The position numbers and the translations under genes are program-made. From NCBI RefSeq assembly GCF_009914755.1, contig NC_060925.1: a DNA stretch of 64,000 bases. The stretch is one strand, 5' to 3'. The notes under the pieces were generated by a model, which had not been told where the DNA came from, searched no databases, and worked only from the letters and a program-made list of their open reading frames with translations. Below are positions 1 through 18,518 of this stretch, piece by piece; within the stretch, counting starts at the first letter, position 1; the number at the start of each line of letters is the position of its first letter. Origin of the DNA: the human T2T-CHM13v2.0 reference genome, Homo sapiens.

Positions 1-550
1 TACAGGCACACTGCAGAGTCCCATGATTAGCTTTTGCTGCCTGTTCCACCTCCTTTACTTCTTATTCTTCCCGCTCCTCTACAGGTCGTGTGCTCTTCTG
101 CTGCCCAAACCTTCCACCTCTCCTAACCAGCATTTCATCAAGGTTCCCACTGTTCAATTCCTCCCTGACCATTGTACCAAAACTTTTTGTCCTTTAAAGT
201 ACATGTCATCTTATATTCTGTCCTCTGCCAGCTCCTCGTTGCTGTTATCTGATGACCCTGGGGATAGTCCTTTTTCAACAAGGTCATCTATCATATGGTC
301 TTGCTCTTTGCTCTAACTCCTGACTGATCCTAGGTCACTGCATTGTCCTTGCAGAGGTCAATCAAGAACTCCGCTCCACAGTTCCTTGACTTTAGTCAAG
401 ATGAAGTCAGGTCTCTTCTACCACCTCTTCAGGTACTCACTTCCCTGACTGCTCCCTGGACTTTGTCACCTATCCCATTCTGACCACTCCAACTCCATCC
501 AGTCTTCACTGTAAGAGCTTCAGGCTGCTGGTCCATCTCCTCCCTTTCTT

Positions 551-882
<332 letters not shown>

Positions 883-899
883 TAAGACTCATGGCTTTT

Positions 900-1780
900 C
901 CTTCCACCTCGTCCTTCTTTTTCTTTCAACTACACACACTTTGCACAGCTCCAGCCCTGGCTACCCAGCCATCTGCCTTGCCTGCTGTGCAGACAGAGCT
1001 CCTTTTAGATTGAGATCATTGCAGATGTATGGTCTCTGCTTCCAGCTGGGTACTCAGTAATACTTAGCAATCATTTTTCTTATCCTGGCCACCTCTCTCT
1101 CCACATCAGCTATTTTAAACCTTCACACATCTCCTCAAGCCCATTCTCTCACTCCTAGTAGATGACCACCAGTAGATGTAAGGAAAAGATGCCATGTCTG
1201 CAAACTTGCTTACCTCATCCTTAACCCTTTCCATGTTGTCTCAGAAGGTCTCTGTTGTTTAAAACTAACCCCAGCCTTCTACTTTGGACCCCATCTCTAA
1301 AGCTTCAAGTCCCCACTTCACCCATCATGTCTGTTCCCCTCCTTTTCCCTTTCCACTGGTAGCTTCCTGACTTTGCGCCTTCCTCCTTTAACCACCTCTG
1401 TCTCTCCTTTCCCTCACAGCTAAACTGCTTATAAGAGCTGTCAGTACTTTTTGTCAACAGTTTTACTTCCTTCATTCTTCAACTGACTGTAATTAGGATT
1501 TTGCCCCCACCTGAAATGATGTTGGTTTCACCAGAGATGCTGATGATCAGTCAGTGGACACTTGGCAGCCTTTATCTTACTTAGCTTCTCTTTTCATATT
1601 CGGCCCTTATAAGAACTGCTTCCCCAAATCTCCACTGTGTTGGCTTACAGGTATTTTCAACTTAATCTCTGAATTGGCAACTTATTATTTTACCTTAAAG
1701 CCTATTCCTTCTCAGAACCTTCAGCATCTCTTATCTCAGTTTTCGTAATCACAGACCCTAAGCCTTTAATTCCTAAAGAA
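900..1780 (+). mobile_element. degenerate L2 fragment
   Basis: CT-rich sequence with L2 ORF2-like phrases; by eye. Confidence 0.5.
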
Positions 1781-3239
1781 GGAAACCTTCTTTAAATGAC
1801 TCCATTCTACCCAAATTCTAGTGCTATACCACAGCACTTAGCCTTTTCTGCCAGGAAGTAGGACACATGAAATGCATCATACAGTCAGAGGCCATACATC
1901 CGTGCTTCCTTTCTGACATTTGGAAATCTTGAAAGCAAGACGATTGCTTGGGGAAAAAACTAGGAAGGCAGAGGTCATCGTGTCTGCTGAATGTGGCTTA
2001 ATTTTCTTGAACACTCAAGGTCATCATTGACTATTGACTGCTGCACAGAATGTGCTGTGCTATTACGGCCACTTTCTAGCTCATCCCCTGCTGTCCCCAT
2101 CTGCCTTTGTGCCTGTAGTTCACAGTCCTACTTTAGTATATACCTTTGATCTACTGCAGTTTGGGGCATTAGGTAATAGAGGCTGCTTGAAGTGAATGTA
2201 AAACAAGTCAGTCAATTCCAAATGAGGTGTCTCCTGTAGAGTTAATCTTTTTTGGCTTTATGTTTGCTATTTCAGTGGCTAGGAGACCTTTTTTTCCTGG
2301 TCTTTATTTTGTCTGTGTTCCTGAATGGCTGACATTTGCTCAAGATTGAATTCTAATTATTTGATACCTTTCCTATTATCTCATTTGACTTTTCTCATAC
2401 GGAAAGTTAAAAGTACATTAGTAGGATGTATCTGTTTTAGATTTTCTGTTTTGGGGTGTGGTCTTTCCCTTCAATCTTAATTCATTCTGGAGAAAACCCT
2501 TATCAGGTGAATATAATTATAAACTGAGTGAGAAAAATTTATTGTGAATTTGAGCCCTCAAGTTAACATTCACTATAATAAACACCGAATCTAATTTAAG
2601 TGGGCACAATTATTTAACCAGTTGACACTTAGTTATATAACCTACATAGGCATTTTGCCTTCATTAATTACTCTGTAATATGGCTATTCACCTGTTCCTG
2701 TTAAGCCTTTCTGTAGTTGTTAAGCACTATACACTTAACATATAAAACATACACATGGTATGCTATATATATGTCATCCACTGTTAAGCAAGGAAAAAGA
2801 AAAAACCACAGATTAAAAATACAAAATAAACCCATAAAACTAGTACAGATTCTGCCATATTCTGATATGGAGTCATGATGAGTGAGATCATCATTGCTGC
2901 AAACCAGCAAACATTGAACACTCTGAGAGAACATGATGCATTCCTGCCAGAATGATTTCTGTGAGATCCAGGTAATTCAGCACTAACTGAAACTCCTCGT
3001 GAAGTTGGATTCTCATCATCTACCAAGGAATAATTCATTATCTCCTTATAGTTTTATCTGCGTTATCTAAATACATGTATCACCACACAGAAAAAGAATT
3101 GATGGACAGCTCAGCTGCTTATCTGCTGCTCCTTCCTTGTGGTATTGTTTCCTTCTTGAATCCTTTGCTAGTTCTTCCAGTTTGGGGACTGTGCATAGTA
3201 AACGTACAGAGTCATTGTCTGATAATATCACGTATTTTT

Positions 3240-6707
<3,468 letters not shown>

Positions 6708-6720
6708 TCAGAGTCTTTGA

Positions 6721-7069
<349 letters not shown>

Positions 7070-7269
7070 TTTTCTAGTGTTTTTAGTTGTTCTTAGTGAG
7101 AAAAATAGGAAAAAGTTCTTCTACTCCATTGTCTTGGAAGTGGAAGTCCACCTGGGCTTTAAGGGTAATTTTTTTGCACATCAAATGCAACAATGATGGG
7201 TTGTTGTTGCCCCTCTTCTCAGCCCTGTGAAGATAGTACCCCGTTGCTTTCGGACCTTTGGAATCAAGA

Positions 7270-7685
7270 CACCTAGTTTCTTTACAAGCCTTCTTTCCTT
7301 TCTTTCTTATTGCTTTTACAGTCTTCATGTGTATTCTGCAGTTTCACAATTATGTATTTATGTGTAGATTTATCCTTATTTATTCTTCTCATGGTTCAGA
7401 GTTATTTTTTATTTGAACAATCCTTTAATTTTAATTCTATAAAATTCTCAGCCATTATTTATTTTAACATGGGCTCTCTACCCTCATTCTCTTATTTTTT
7501 TAATTTCAAAATTCCTGTTAGATCCATGTTAGATCGTTTCCTTCAACCCTCCATGTCTCTTGAGTTCTTTTATATGTTCTGTCCTCAGCTCTCAGTACTG
7601 CCTACTGGTAATCTCCAGGTTTTATTCTGATTCACTAATTCTCTCCTCAGTTTTGTCCATTTTACTCTTTAACCTATCCATTGAA
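7270..7685 (-). mobile_element. HAL1/old L1 ORF1-like fragment
   Basis: Antisense counterpart of the text at 13400-13900. Confidence 0.55.
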
Positions 7686-7697
7686 TAATTAGTTTAC

Positions 7698-7982
7698 AGA
7701 CAGAGTGCTCTGTCACCCAAGCTGGGGTGTGGTGGCACGATTCTAACTCACTGCAGCCTTGAACCCCTGGACTCAGGTGATACACCCTCCTCAGTGTCGC
7801 AAGTGGCTGGGACTACAGGTGTGTGCCACCATACCCGGCTAAGTTTTTATTTTTATTTTTTTTAGGAACAGAATTTTCATATGTTGCCCAGGCTGGTCTT
7901 GAACTCCTGGGCTCAAACAATCCTCCCTCCTTAACCTCCCAAAGTGCTCATATTACAGTTGTGAGCCAACGCGCTCAGCCTG
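7698..7982 (-). mobile_element. Alu (J-like)
   Basis: Diverged antisense Alu. Confidence 0.92.
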
Positions 7983-9156
7983 GAACTTTTTAATGCTAAC
8001 AAAATTCTAATAGCATTATTTTTAGTTTGATTGCCTGTAACCATGTGAATATTATGAGAGGTTGAATAGGCTTCATCTCTCAGTGGTGATTAACATAGTT
8101 CTTAAGAAACGTGACAGAGCTAGGCCAAGCATCAGTAAAGGAACACACTCTTGGAGCTTAATTGAGGAGGGAGTGCTTGATCTGATCTGGAAAAGAGTGT
8201 GGAGGTGACACTTTCAAAGCTACAAACAGGGGAGCCAGGAATACAGAGCAGAGCCTTTGAGGCCACAGAAGGAGTCAGGCAGCAGTGGGGATTAGCAGTG
8301 GTGGGTCAGGAGCAAGGGTAAGGAGTGGACTTAGCAGCTGAGTCAAACGGGGAGGAGGGAGTTGGTGTTCTGGTACTCCCGAGCTCCTAAGCTCCTAAGC
8401 TATGCAGAATTACAGTTCTTTGGTAACAGAAAAAACAAAGTGAATTAACATGGGTAATATGAAGTTACTGATACTACATCATGCTAATTAAAAATTTCCA
8501 TTTGGAAATCCTTTATTTCCATTTTATAAAAAATAATATCCCAAATTAAATATATTACTATGTGTAAAGAAGAAGTTATTCAGTTTGTCATTGAATCAGA
8601 CAAATTTCGCACTTGAAGTGCTGACCTAAACTTGGCTTATGCCGTTATACAAATTACAGATGAGGGAAAAGAAGCAAGACCACGTAAATCTGCAAGTGCA
8701 GACAAAACTTATTTTTTTCCTTTTCCCTTTTCCCCTGCTTTTTAAGAAGAAGAAAGAGGTAGACTCTTCAAAGTCTACCAGGTTTATTCTTTTGTACAGA
8801 AAACACTTGAAATTTTCTAAACTAACTTTGCTGCCAACTGAATATGCATATTTCTTTGAATAGTGGCTAGCAAAGGGACAAGTTTTATTCATTCCAAGAG
8901 TAGTTTTCAGACTTTAACCTTGCAAAGTAATTATTCAAAGAGCACAGTTTGGAAAACCACTGAATTAACATGTCAGCCAAATATCTTAAATGTGAAAAGG
9001 TAAGTCAACATATGTATTGTCATTTCACAAGATACTCAGTTACCTCTTTTTCCTGTTATATTAACAACTAAGATACTAAATTTGATGATCGTGATCTAAG
9101 AAGAAATTCACAGCACCATTTTGAAGTTATTTTCACAGTCTCTTTTTATCTTTCAG

Positions 9157-9237
9157 ATTTTTTGTTTAAGTTCTTGGTTATTGGAAATGCAGGAACTGGC
9201 AAATCTTGCTTACTTCATCAGTTTATTGAAAAAAAAT
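9157..9237 (+). CDS. RAB4A: RAB4A coding exon 2 (81 nt; [28 protein letters not shown]-loop/G1)
   Basis: tttcag| acceptor and |gtaagt donor; translation gives the GxxxxGKS P-loop and matches Rab4A. Confidence 0.97.
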
Positions 9238-10781
9238 GTAAGTGTCATGAAATTAGTCATTCTTCCGTGCATGTCTTCTGAGAGCCCTCTCACTCAGATT
9301 TGTTTACAGTAAACTTAATTTTTTCAGAGGAAAAAAGTAATAGTTTGAAAGTATTTTGAAGGGTTATGTTATTGAACTTTGGGTGATGTGATTTTTTATT
9401 AAGTTAGCATTTCTATTTAACAATGGTTCAGTATATGGTTACTTCTACTGTACATTTTGCAGATGCTGAGAGACCATATAGTGATGTTGAAGATAGCAGA
9501 GGGGTTCTGTGGCAGGAATCCTGTTTCCTGACAGAGCAGCCAGAGAAGCTCTAGGCATACATTTTGGATAAAATAACAACATTTGGTCCTCATAGTGGGC
9601 TTGTATTGTAGTTAAGGCAGTTGCTATCATCAATTCTGTTTTATAGGCCAGAAACAGACCTCTTGACCACACAGCCCATCTTTTACCATTGACTTTCACT
9701 GTTTTGGTAAAGGAGGTTGAATTTTTTATTTCAAACTATGTGAGACCTTGGAAGGCTGTAGAAGACTGTAGGTTTGAAAGGCCCTTAAAACAAAAAATGC
9801 TTTTTAATAATGGAAAGAATCGTGGAGAAAGACCTGTCTAGTTAGTGGCAGGTGGGTGAAGGGTCAAAAACAGAGTGTCTTATTTAATTAAGTTTATCTT
9901 AAGAAAGTATATGTGAGGCATGGTAGGTGGTGGGTAAAAAGGAGAAAGAACCAGTTTGGGGTGTTTTGGCAGAAAGCTTTGAAGAATAATAAAATCCTAG
10001 AAATTTACTCTGCTTCTTCCATTTTCATCACCCAAGAGCTTGTTGGAGCCTGTTTGTTTAGTGACATGGACCCAGTGTGGCTTAGTCACAGAACTGGTCC
10101 TTACTGAATTTAACAAGTATTCATTCACTGGATAGTTTATTTACAAGTTGCCAAGACTTTGTGTGGTACAGTCTTAGAAAAGAATACCCAGAGGGTACTG
10201 GGCCAAGTACCCAGCTTATGTAATCATTCTGTCCTCCTCAGAGAACTCCCCTGCATGGTCCTCTCTGCAACTCCTCACAACAGTAATGAACGGAAGGTCT
10301 CTCTTTGTAACCAGGATGCCCCTGGCCTTTAGTTACTATTTTTTTTAAGGATCTTAGCCTGCATTTTTCCTGGTAGTTTACTCCTAATGGAATTTCCATA
10401 CTAGTTCTATACTGTCTGGGCATGAAACAGACTAGCATAGTCACTGTAACCATTTATCTACCCTCTGCCCTGTAAATAATAAATCCAGTTGCCAGTGGCA
10501 TCCCTGATCTCTGAAACAATTAAATTTTGTTCTGCAGTTACAAAATATAAACTAGCCAATGGACTGTATAGCTGCGATATTCAATTTCAGCTTATCTGTT
10601 TATCATCACAGAAATGTTCTTTCATAGGCAGTGTATTCCCGCTGGGTTTAGCAAAATACTTATTTTGCCTGTCTCCTGCCCATTCAAATAGTACTAATTT
10701 CTCCAACAAATTCATCCCAAATCATTTCCATAGAACACTACGATTAATGAAATCTCAAACACCTGTAGCTTGCATAGGGTT

Positions 10782-10889
10782 TTGTTTTGGGGTTTATTGG
10801 AGGGTGTATTGTTTTGGGGTTTGTTGGAGGGTGTTTTATTTTGGGGTTTTTTGGAGGGTGCTTTGTTTTGGGGTTTTTTGGAGGGTGTT
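10782..10889. repeat. 27-bp G/T-rich minisatellite, 4 copies
   Basis: Unit TT(G/A)TTTTGGGGTTTnTTGGAGGGTGnn x4; 9-aa periodicity in the overlapping ORFs. Confidence 0.95.
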
Positions 10890-11371
10890 TTTTCTTTGGT
10901 TCAATTTTTTTCCTCCTTTTCCCTTTTCCTCTGCTTTTCCTTCCACTCACTGTTATTTCTTTAAAATATTTAACCATTCAAATACAGTAGTTGAAACTGT
11001 CTCCACCTCATTACTTACTGAGTTCCACACCTGTCACTGGGCGTTATGCCCTTCAGAATGGTACGCTGGTATGTCAGCAGTCACCATCTGTGAGCATCTT
11101 AACAGTGCACAGTTGGATGTGGTTCGGATATGGCAGGGCTACTTTCAGGCATAGGTTTTTAAATGTATCATTTGTTTGGGGGTTTTGAGAAAAATCTTTA
11201 TGTCTCTTTGAGAATAGGGGCTGTGTGTATTATCTTTAAAACTAAATGCATCTTCTCAATGGAATGTTGGAGAAATGAATGGCTAGAGTAATGTCCATTC
11301 CCCATTGATGTAACTCTTGGTTTTAGTGTCACTTGTTTAAATCTATAAGCCTGTTAATGTTCTAAAATTAA

Positions 11372-11515
<144 letters not shown>

Positions 11516-12161
11516 TAGCTTTTCTCTAACTTAATAAAAATATTTGAAAATTTGATTTAAAATAATTGATGATATTCTCTCAATATATAAGGTCTCACTC
11601 CCTCCCCAACACACCCCTTCCTTGTCCTAATCTCAGAAACTTCATTTTTGGAAACTTTGATTGACAAGACAGCTAAAATTTAGGTTAGCTCTCTGCAGCA
11701 TGGATTACTAAAGAATACAGGAGGATCTCCGCGCAACTGCATTATAATTCGGAGGCTGACCCATTCTCAGGAGGATGTGGCACTGTGTATTGTACAGTAT
11801 GTTTCTAGATTCAAATCAAAGCACAAGCTTGTTTTTCTGTGTTCCTTTTTTAAAGAAGAACTTTTTAAAACCTTGTGAGGGTTTGTTTTGTTTTACATTA
11901 ACTAGAGCATGTTCTGATGTTTGATACACACTCCACAAAATATTCTCTCCACACTTTAATTACAATAGGGTCATAACTGAGGCTCAGAATGACTTCAGTC
12001 ACTGCAAATGAGGTTACATGTTTAGTATTCTGTAACTACTAAAGCAAGAAAATAGATTAATATTTTAGTTGTGGTTTTTGCACAGATGCACAAAGTCAGA
12101 ACTGATATTCATAGTTTTATAATTCAGTGAAATAAAATCCACCCCATTTGTAAACATTTCA

Positions 12162-12492
<331 letters not shown>

Positions 12493-12579
12493 TTAATTAA
12501 GTAATTGAAGTTCAATAATTGCTTCAAAAATACCATAACCACCTTTAATCACCATCATTTTTCTGGAAGCATTGATTAA

Positions 12580-14100
12580 ACATGGTGGATTCAATTAGAC
12601 ATTTATGTCTTCCCTCTCAGAACCCCACTGAAATGTCTGTTAAGTAACTGAAATTGAAGTAACTCAAAAAGGCCAAGATTGAGTGAGTGCACAATTATGA
12701 TTGAGAGATTTCCAAAAAAATCTTAAAGATAGGAAGTAGATGGTGCTCTGACAGCAGAAGGAGCTCCACCTTAAGTACTGTAATGGGGGAAGCCATTTCT
12801 TCCTCTGGAGTCCCAGAAAAGGTCAGGATTTGGAAGCATCAGGTTCTACAGGAGGTAGAGGTTACAGAGGTTCATGTTTACACACGAAATAAGAGGTTCA
12901 GTCTTTTACGTTGAAATGGAGTCTAGACTCAAGGTCATAAGGCCCACCTGAGGGCATGGGGTCAGGCCTGAAAAGAGGGAAATTAAGTGAAAATGAAAGC
13001 CTCTGGCCCCCAACCCACCTCCCCTACCTCTTCCCTGGTCGCTGGCAGCCAGGTGTGTATGTCCCACATAGGAGAAAGGAGCCTTCTCTGCAGAAAAATG
13101 AATAGTCAGAAAGGAAAGGCTTGAAGGTAGTGACATTTTGCTTTCCCAGTCAAACAGCCCAGTCTCTATCCAGTCATCTGAAAGTGAAACCCTCCAAGCC
13201 CACCTGCTCCACCCACACATAAAGAGCTTCTTTTAGACTTTTTCATTCCTTGCTCTTAATGATCAGGCAGAATTTTGAAGAAAATTTCTATAGCAAAAGA
13301 GAGAGCTCAAAGTAAAGAAGCTGGAACTTTGAGGGAGTAAGAAAAACACACTAAAACCACAGTATCCTTAGGAAGAAGAGCAGAGATTGCATTGGAGTAT
13401 GTAATAGAAACAAAGTCATACTTAAAAAGAGCAATCAGAATAATATGTTAAATAAACTCATGGTGAAAAATGGGAGAGATGACATAAAGAATCCTCCAGA
13501 ATTAATCCAGAAGATGCAATGACTATTAGGAGTTCCAGAAGAGAGAAGAGCAGAGAGAATAATAGAAGAAAATGTTTCACTGAAGGAATGAGATTCCAGA
13601 TTAATTGGCCCACCTAAAATCAAACATAGTAAGGAAAAAGTCCAGACCAGAGCGTGCCATGTGAAATTTCAGAACACCACAGATGAAGTAAGGAAGACCA
13701 GAAAGGTTCCAAGAGGGAAAAAGCAGCCACATATAAAGTGTGAAAAATGGAATTGCTTTGCACCCTTCCACAGCAACATTGGAAGCTAAAAGAAATGGAA
13801 GCATTGCCTTCAAAACTCAGGGTGAAATAATTCTTCAACCTAAAATTCTAAACTTAGCCAAACTGTAAGTGTGCAAGTAAAGGCTGAATACCAACAGATG
13901 TGCAAGAATGAGGAGGAAGCCAAGATTATCTTTCTCAGAGACTTCTTAGAAATGTACTTTCTTAGAAAGTTTAGGAGGATATACTTCACCAGGACAAGGG
14001 CATGATCCCAGAAAGAGGAAAATGAAGCCAGCAGGAAGATCCAGCTCAGAATGGCACAGGTCTAGAGGGACAGTGAGGGAAGACTAAGACAGCAGTCAGT
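12580..14100 (+). mobile_element. HAL1/old L1 5' and ORF1 region
   Basis: A-rich degenerate L1 ORF1-like text (ggagttccagaagagag..., gtgaaatttcagaacacc). Confidence 0.6.
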
Positions 14101-14515
14101 ATGTGATGGCACTGCCCTTCCAGGAGGACCAGGGGAACAAGTGAGGGGCTCTGTAAGAGCTCACGACTCTGTCAGAGCGGGGAAGAAACAGCTCTGAAAT
14201 TCAGTTTCCTAAACCTTTTGTAGAAATGAGAAGAAAGAAACTGTAAGATCCATGAGTGTAAGGGTTTTTGAGTTTTCTGTTTGTTTCCCCTGTGCCCAGA
14301 ATAGTGTCTAGCACACAGGGGCGCAGTATGTGCTCTTTTAATGACTTAATTAAAGGAAACCCAGTTACCAGAAAGAGAGAACTCACCTCGCTTGTGGAGA
14401 GTAGGGCTCCCAGAGAGGAGTGAGGCAGGAGATGGCTGTGTTTAATTTAGAGACTTTTCGTGACATTTCACTTTAAAACTATCCACATGTATTATATTGG
14501 TTAAATTACTTTTGT

Positions 14516-14922
14516 AAGAAAATGTGGCACATATACACCATGGAATACTATGCAGCCATAAAAAATGATGAGTTCGTGTCCTTTGTAGGGACATGGATGA
14601 AATTGGAAATCATCATTCTCAGTAAACTATCGCAAGAACAAAAAACCAAACACTGCATATTCTCACTCATAGGTGGGAATTGAATAATGAGAACACATGG
14701 ACACAGGAAGGGGAACATCACACTCTGGGGACTGTTGTGGGGTGGGGGGAGGGGGGAGGGATAGCAATGGGAGATATACCTAATGCTAGATGACGAGTTA
14801 GCGGTTGCAGCACACCAGCATGGCACATGTATACATACATATGTAACCTGCACATTGTGCACAGGTACCCTAAAACTTAAAGTATAATAATAATAAATAA
14901 ATAAAAGGAAAAAAAAAAGAAA
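14516..14922 (+). mobile_element. 5'-truncated young L1PA (about PA3-like) 3' end with poly(A) tail
   Basis: Near-consensus L1 3'UTR with the polypurine tract; 'gacgagttag' (GAG, not the L1HS-Ta ACA); AATAAA and A tail. Confidence 0.95.
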
Positions 14923-15449
14923 ATTTAACACCTCAAAGTAGTATTCTTAAATGTGTATATTTGTATACTGGAGTAATTTGTATAAGAAACTATTTGTCAA
15001 GACAGTGTTGTAAAATAAATTTGAAAGTAAAATTTTAAGAAGTAGATGTGATACAGCTTATCTTGAAGAGAACTCGTAGTTCCCTCTTCCTCTAGAAGCT
15101 AGGTGCCTGCTGAGCAAGAATAGAAAGGCGCTGCCTCTTAATAGATGTGAACAAGCGAGGCCTTTCCCCCTGCCTTAGGAGGCTGTGGGGTGAAGAGCAA
15201 ACAGTCCACTCTGCACCTCTACCTGCCACCAGTCCTTAAAGCGTGTGCCTCTTGGTAACAGTCTCAAGGCAGAGAGGAAAAGCTTCAAGCTACATGAAGA
15301 CCTTGAAGCTTCCTGACTAAGAGCTAAAAAGTACATTTAAAAGTAGCTCTTCTTTGCCAAGCAGCAAAGTAATAATTAGTAATTTTGTTTGTTTGTTTGT
15401 TGCAAGCTGCACGGGTTTCTTTGTTCTCCAAGGATAGTTCATTCCTCTG

Positions 15450-16230
15450 GTGTCTTTTTTTTTCTGACATCAAGTCTATGGGGTTTTTCTTCACACCAGC
15501 CAGTCGGATTCTCTGACACCAGCTGGGTGTCCAACACTTCAATTCACTTTTGACACTACCCAGAGTTAAAGGGGACCCTCCAGGCTAAGGAGACCTAGAC
15601 TGCCACCCCCGCTTCAGACACCAGTCACAACTGGAGTGCCCAGGCTTCCTGCACTTCTTGGCCAAATACAGATCTGGCAGTTCCCACACCCTCCATCCCT
15701 CACATCCCCATCAGGTTGGAGAATTTGTTAGAATGATTCACACAACTCAGGAAAAACATTTTTCCTGGCATTTACTGGTTTGTTAGATAGGTGTCAATTC
15801 AGGCACAGCCTGGTGGAGGAGATGCTTAGGAGACGAGGTATGGGGATGGGCCACCTCCCAGCACCTCCATGCCACCACCAGCCCAGGAGCTCTCTGACCC
15901 CCATCCTTTTGGTTTTTTTGTGGAGGTTTTATTACAAAGGCACGATTGATTAAAACATTATCCATTGATGATTGACTCAATCTCCAGCTCCTCTTTCCTC
16001 CCCAGAGGGCTGAGGTGAGGCTATAAGTTCCAGCACTCTCCTCACTCGGTGAGGGCTCCCACGGCCACAGCCCCGATCCCAAGGCTCTCTAGCCTGCTAC
16101 TCTTCCCACAGTTATCTCCTTGGCTTACAAAAGACACCTTTATCACTAAGGAAATCACAGGGGTTTGGGCCTCTGTGCCAGGAACCTGGGACGAAGACCA
16201 AATATATATTTTTTAATTTAATTAGGCCAC
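15450..16230 (-). mobile_element. MER21-like LTR
   Basis: Reverse counterpart of the element at 54140-55150; ends gaagaccaaatatatattt. Confidence 0.65.
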
Positions 16231-16249
16231 AGTTAAGTTCTGGGAATGT

Positions 16250-17220
16250 CTAGCTAGCAGTGGTCCAGGCCCTGTGCTAGGCACTGGGATCCTCTGGTGA
16301 GTGAGACAGCAGAGCCCTGCCCCATGGAGGGGAGGCAGGCAGCCAACACAGAGACAGAGACAGAAAGAGCATCCCACCAAGTGGGATGGTGCCACCCAGG
16401 AGACAGCACGCTGAGATAGAGGGGGTCCACTGGATGGGGATGCTTGGGGAACGTTGCTGAGGAGATAGAGTTAATGAGACCCAAGGGACAAGGAAAGCCA
16501 GCGGTGTGACGAGCCCAGACGGGAGTGGCAGGGGCTGGGAGCAGGGAAGAGAATGGGGCCAAAGGGACAGGTACAGTGACGGAGATGTCCTGTCCTGGGC
16601 CTTGATGAGTTGGGCTGCTCTGAAGAATGGACTGTGGGCCACACATGGCAGCAGGGACAGCAGCGTGGGCAGACACAGGATTTGTGTAGTGTAGGAGACT
16701 GCACTAGGCTGGCGGAGTGAATGTGGAGGTGCACAGGAATTGAGGATGAATGTGGAGCTGATTTGCTTTAGAAACAGGGTGCGTGGTGATGCCTCTTCCT
16801 AGGCCAGGACGGGCCTGGAGGGTGGGACCAAAAAGAGTCCTGCTGTGCAGATGTTAAGTTTGACATGTTTATCAGGCAGTCTCATGGAGATATGGAGGCA
16901 GCACTTGGATCTGAGCTGGAGACAAAATTTGAGTCGAATGTTAAGAGAGCCCAGGACCCAGCTCTGGGGAATCGCAATCCCAGCAGGGCAGATTCAGAAG
17001 AATGACCAGAGCCAGAGAAGTGGCTGGTGAGCGGGAGGAAGACTAGCAGAGTGCAGGGCGCAGAGGCTGCGCGAGTGAGTGAGGACAGAAATGCCCACTC
17101 CAGCTTCGGTTGCAGAGAGGGTGGGGACCTTGACAGGCTTTTGGGGAGTAGCAGAGATGGACACTAGGTTGGCGGTGAAGAAGAGGAAGCTGCAGGTAAA
17201 GACAGCTCTTTCAGAAAGTT
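16250..17220 (-). mobile_element. L2 fragment
   Basis: Purine-rich antisense L2 text (ttaagtttgacatg...ggagatatggaggcag). Confidence 0.65.
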
Positions 17221-17228
17221 GGATGTGG

Positions 17229-17607
<379 letters not shown>

Positions 17608-17648
17608 TTATTTTTATTTTGCTAATAGGAAAAATCCTGAACTCCTGG

Positions 17649-17912
17649 CTTTTTTTTTTTTTTCTTTCTGTTGCCTGGGCTGGAGTGCAGTGGCATGATC
17701 GCTCACCGTCACCTCAAATTCCTGGGATCAAACAGTCCTTCTGTCTCAGCCTCCTGAGTAGCTGGGATTACAGGTGTGTACTGCCATACCTGGCTAATTT
17801 TTTGTAGAGACAGGGTCTCTCTCTCTTACCCAGGCTGGTCTCAAACTCCTGGCCTCAAGCAGTCCTCCCTCCTGGGCCTCCTAAAGTGCTGGGATTATAG
17901 GTGTCCGGCCAC
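17649..17912 (-). mobile_element. Alu (J-like)
   Basis: Antisense Alu. Confidence 0.92.
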
Positions 17913-18518
17913 TAATGGGAAAAATCTCACAAAGAGGGTGAGATTGACAATGTAGGGGAAAACATGTATGACCAAAAGACGCCTTCTTGAATGTGAGAGT
18001 GGATATGACATACTGGGACACTCAGTTTTCCCGTAGTAATAGGGCAGGGATGCAGGTGGGTGTAGGGCCGTGGTGACTATGGATTCCTGTGGTGACTATG
18101 GATTCCACCGCGCCGAGAGGTGGCGAGAACTGGAAGAGATGGAGAAAATTGTGCCAGGGAGTGGGGTAGATGAGGAGCCCGCAGAGAAGTGAGTGGATTG
18201 CTGAGCCCCTTAGTGTCCATCTAGGGGGTGGTGCTGGCTTCCGCAGACAGCTCACCCTGCTAGGAGTTCTCAAAGGAGACATCCATCAGAGAGCTGCATC
18301 CGCTGTGAAGGAATCTCCTACTTGCCACAGTGATGTGATTTCAGGCAGAATAACCCCTCACATGTATGTTCAAATATCTTTGAATCATTTCTCTTTTAAA
18401 CCAGTGTCTGTCCCTGTGTTGTGGTTTACAAAGCAAGCATGGGTGTTTTTTCATGGGAAAGTGGGATACAGTAAAGGGTCTCAATTGGTTGAAAGTAAAA
18501 CCAGTATAATTCTTCCAG

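Noticed and set aside
2560-3050. Possible ancient DNA-transposon or coding remnant (ORFs 2701..2934 and 2784..3038)
   Set aside because: Could not be assigned to any family or protein by eye; needs a Dfam/BLAST search.
10782-10889. Regular direct repeats resembling a CRISPR array
   Set aside because: Units are contiguous with no unique spacers, and the DNA is human intron.
10489-11154. Longest ORF in the track (221 aa) with a 9-aa repeat
   Set aside because: Starts at TTG, is intronic, and its length is helped by a stop-free 27-bp minisatellite that is open in several frames; no recognisable domain.
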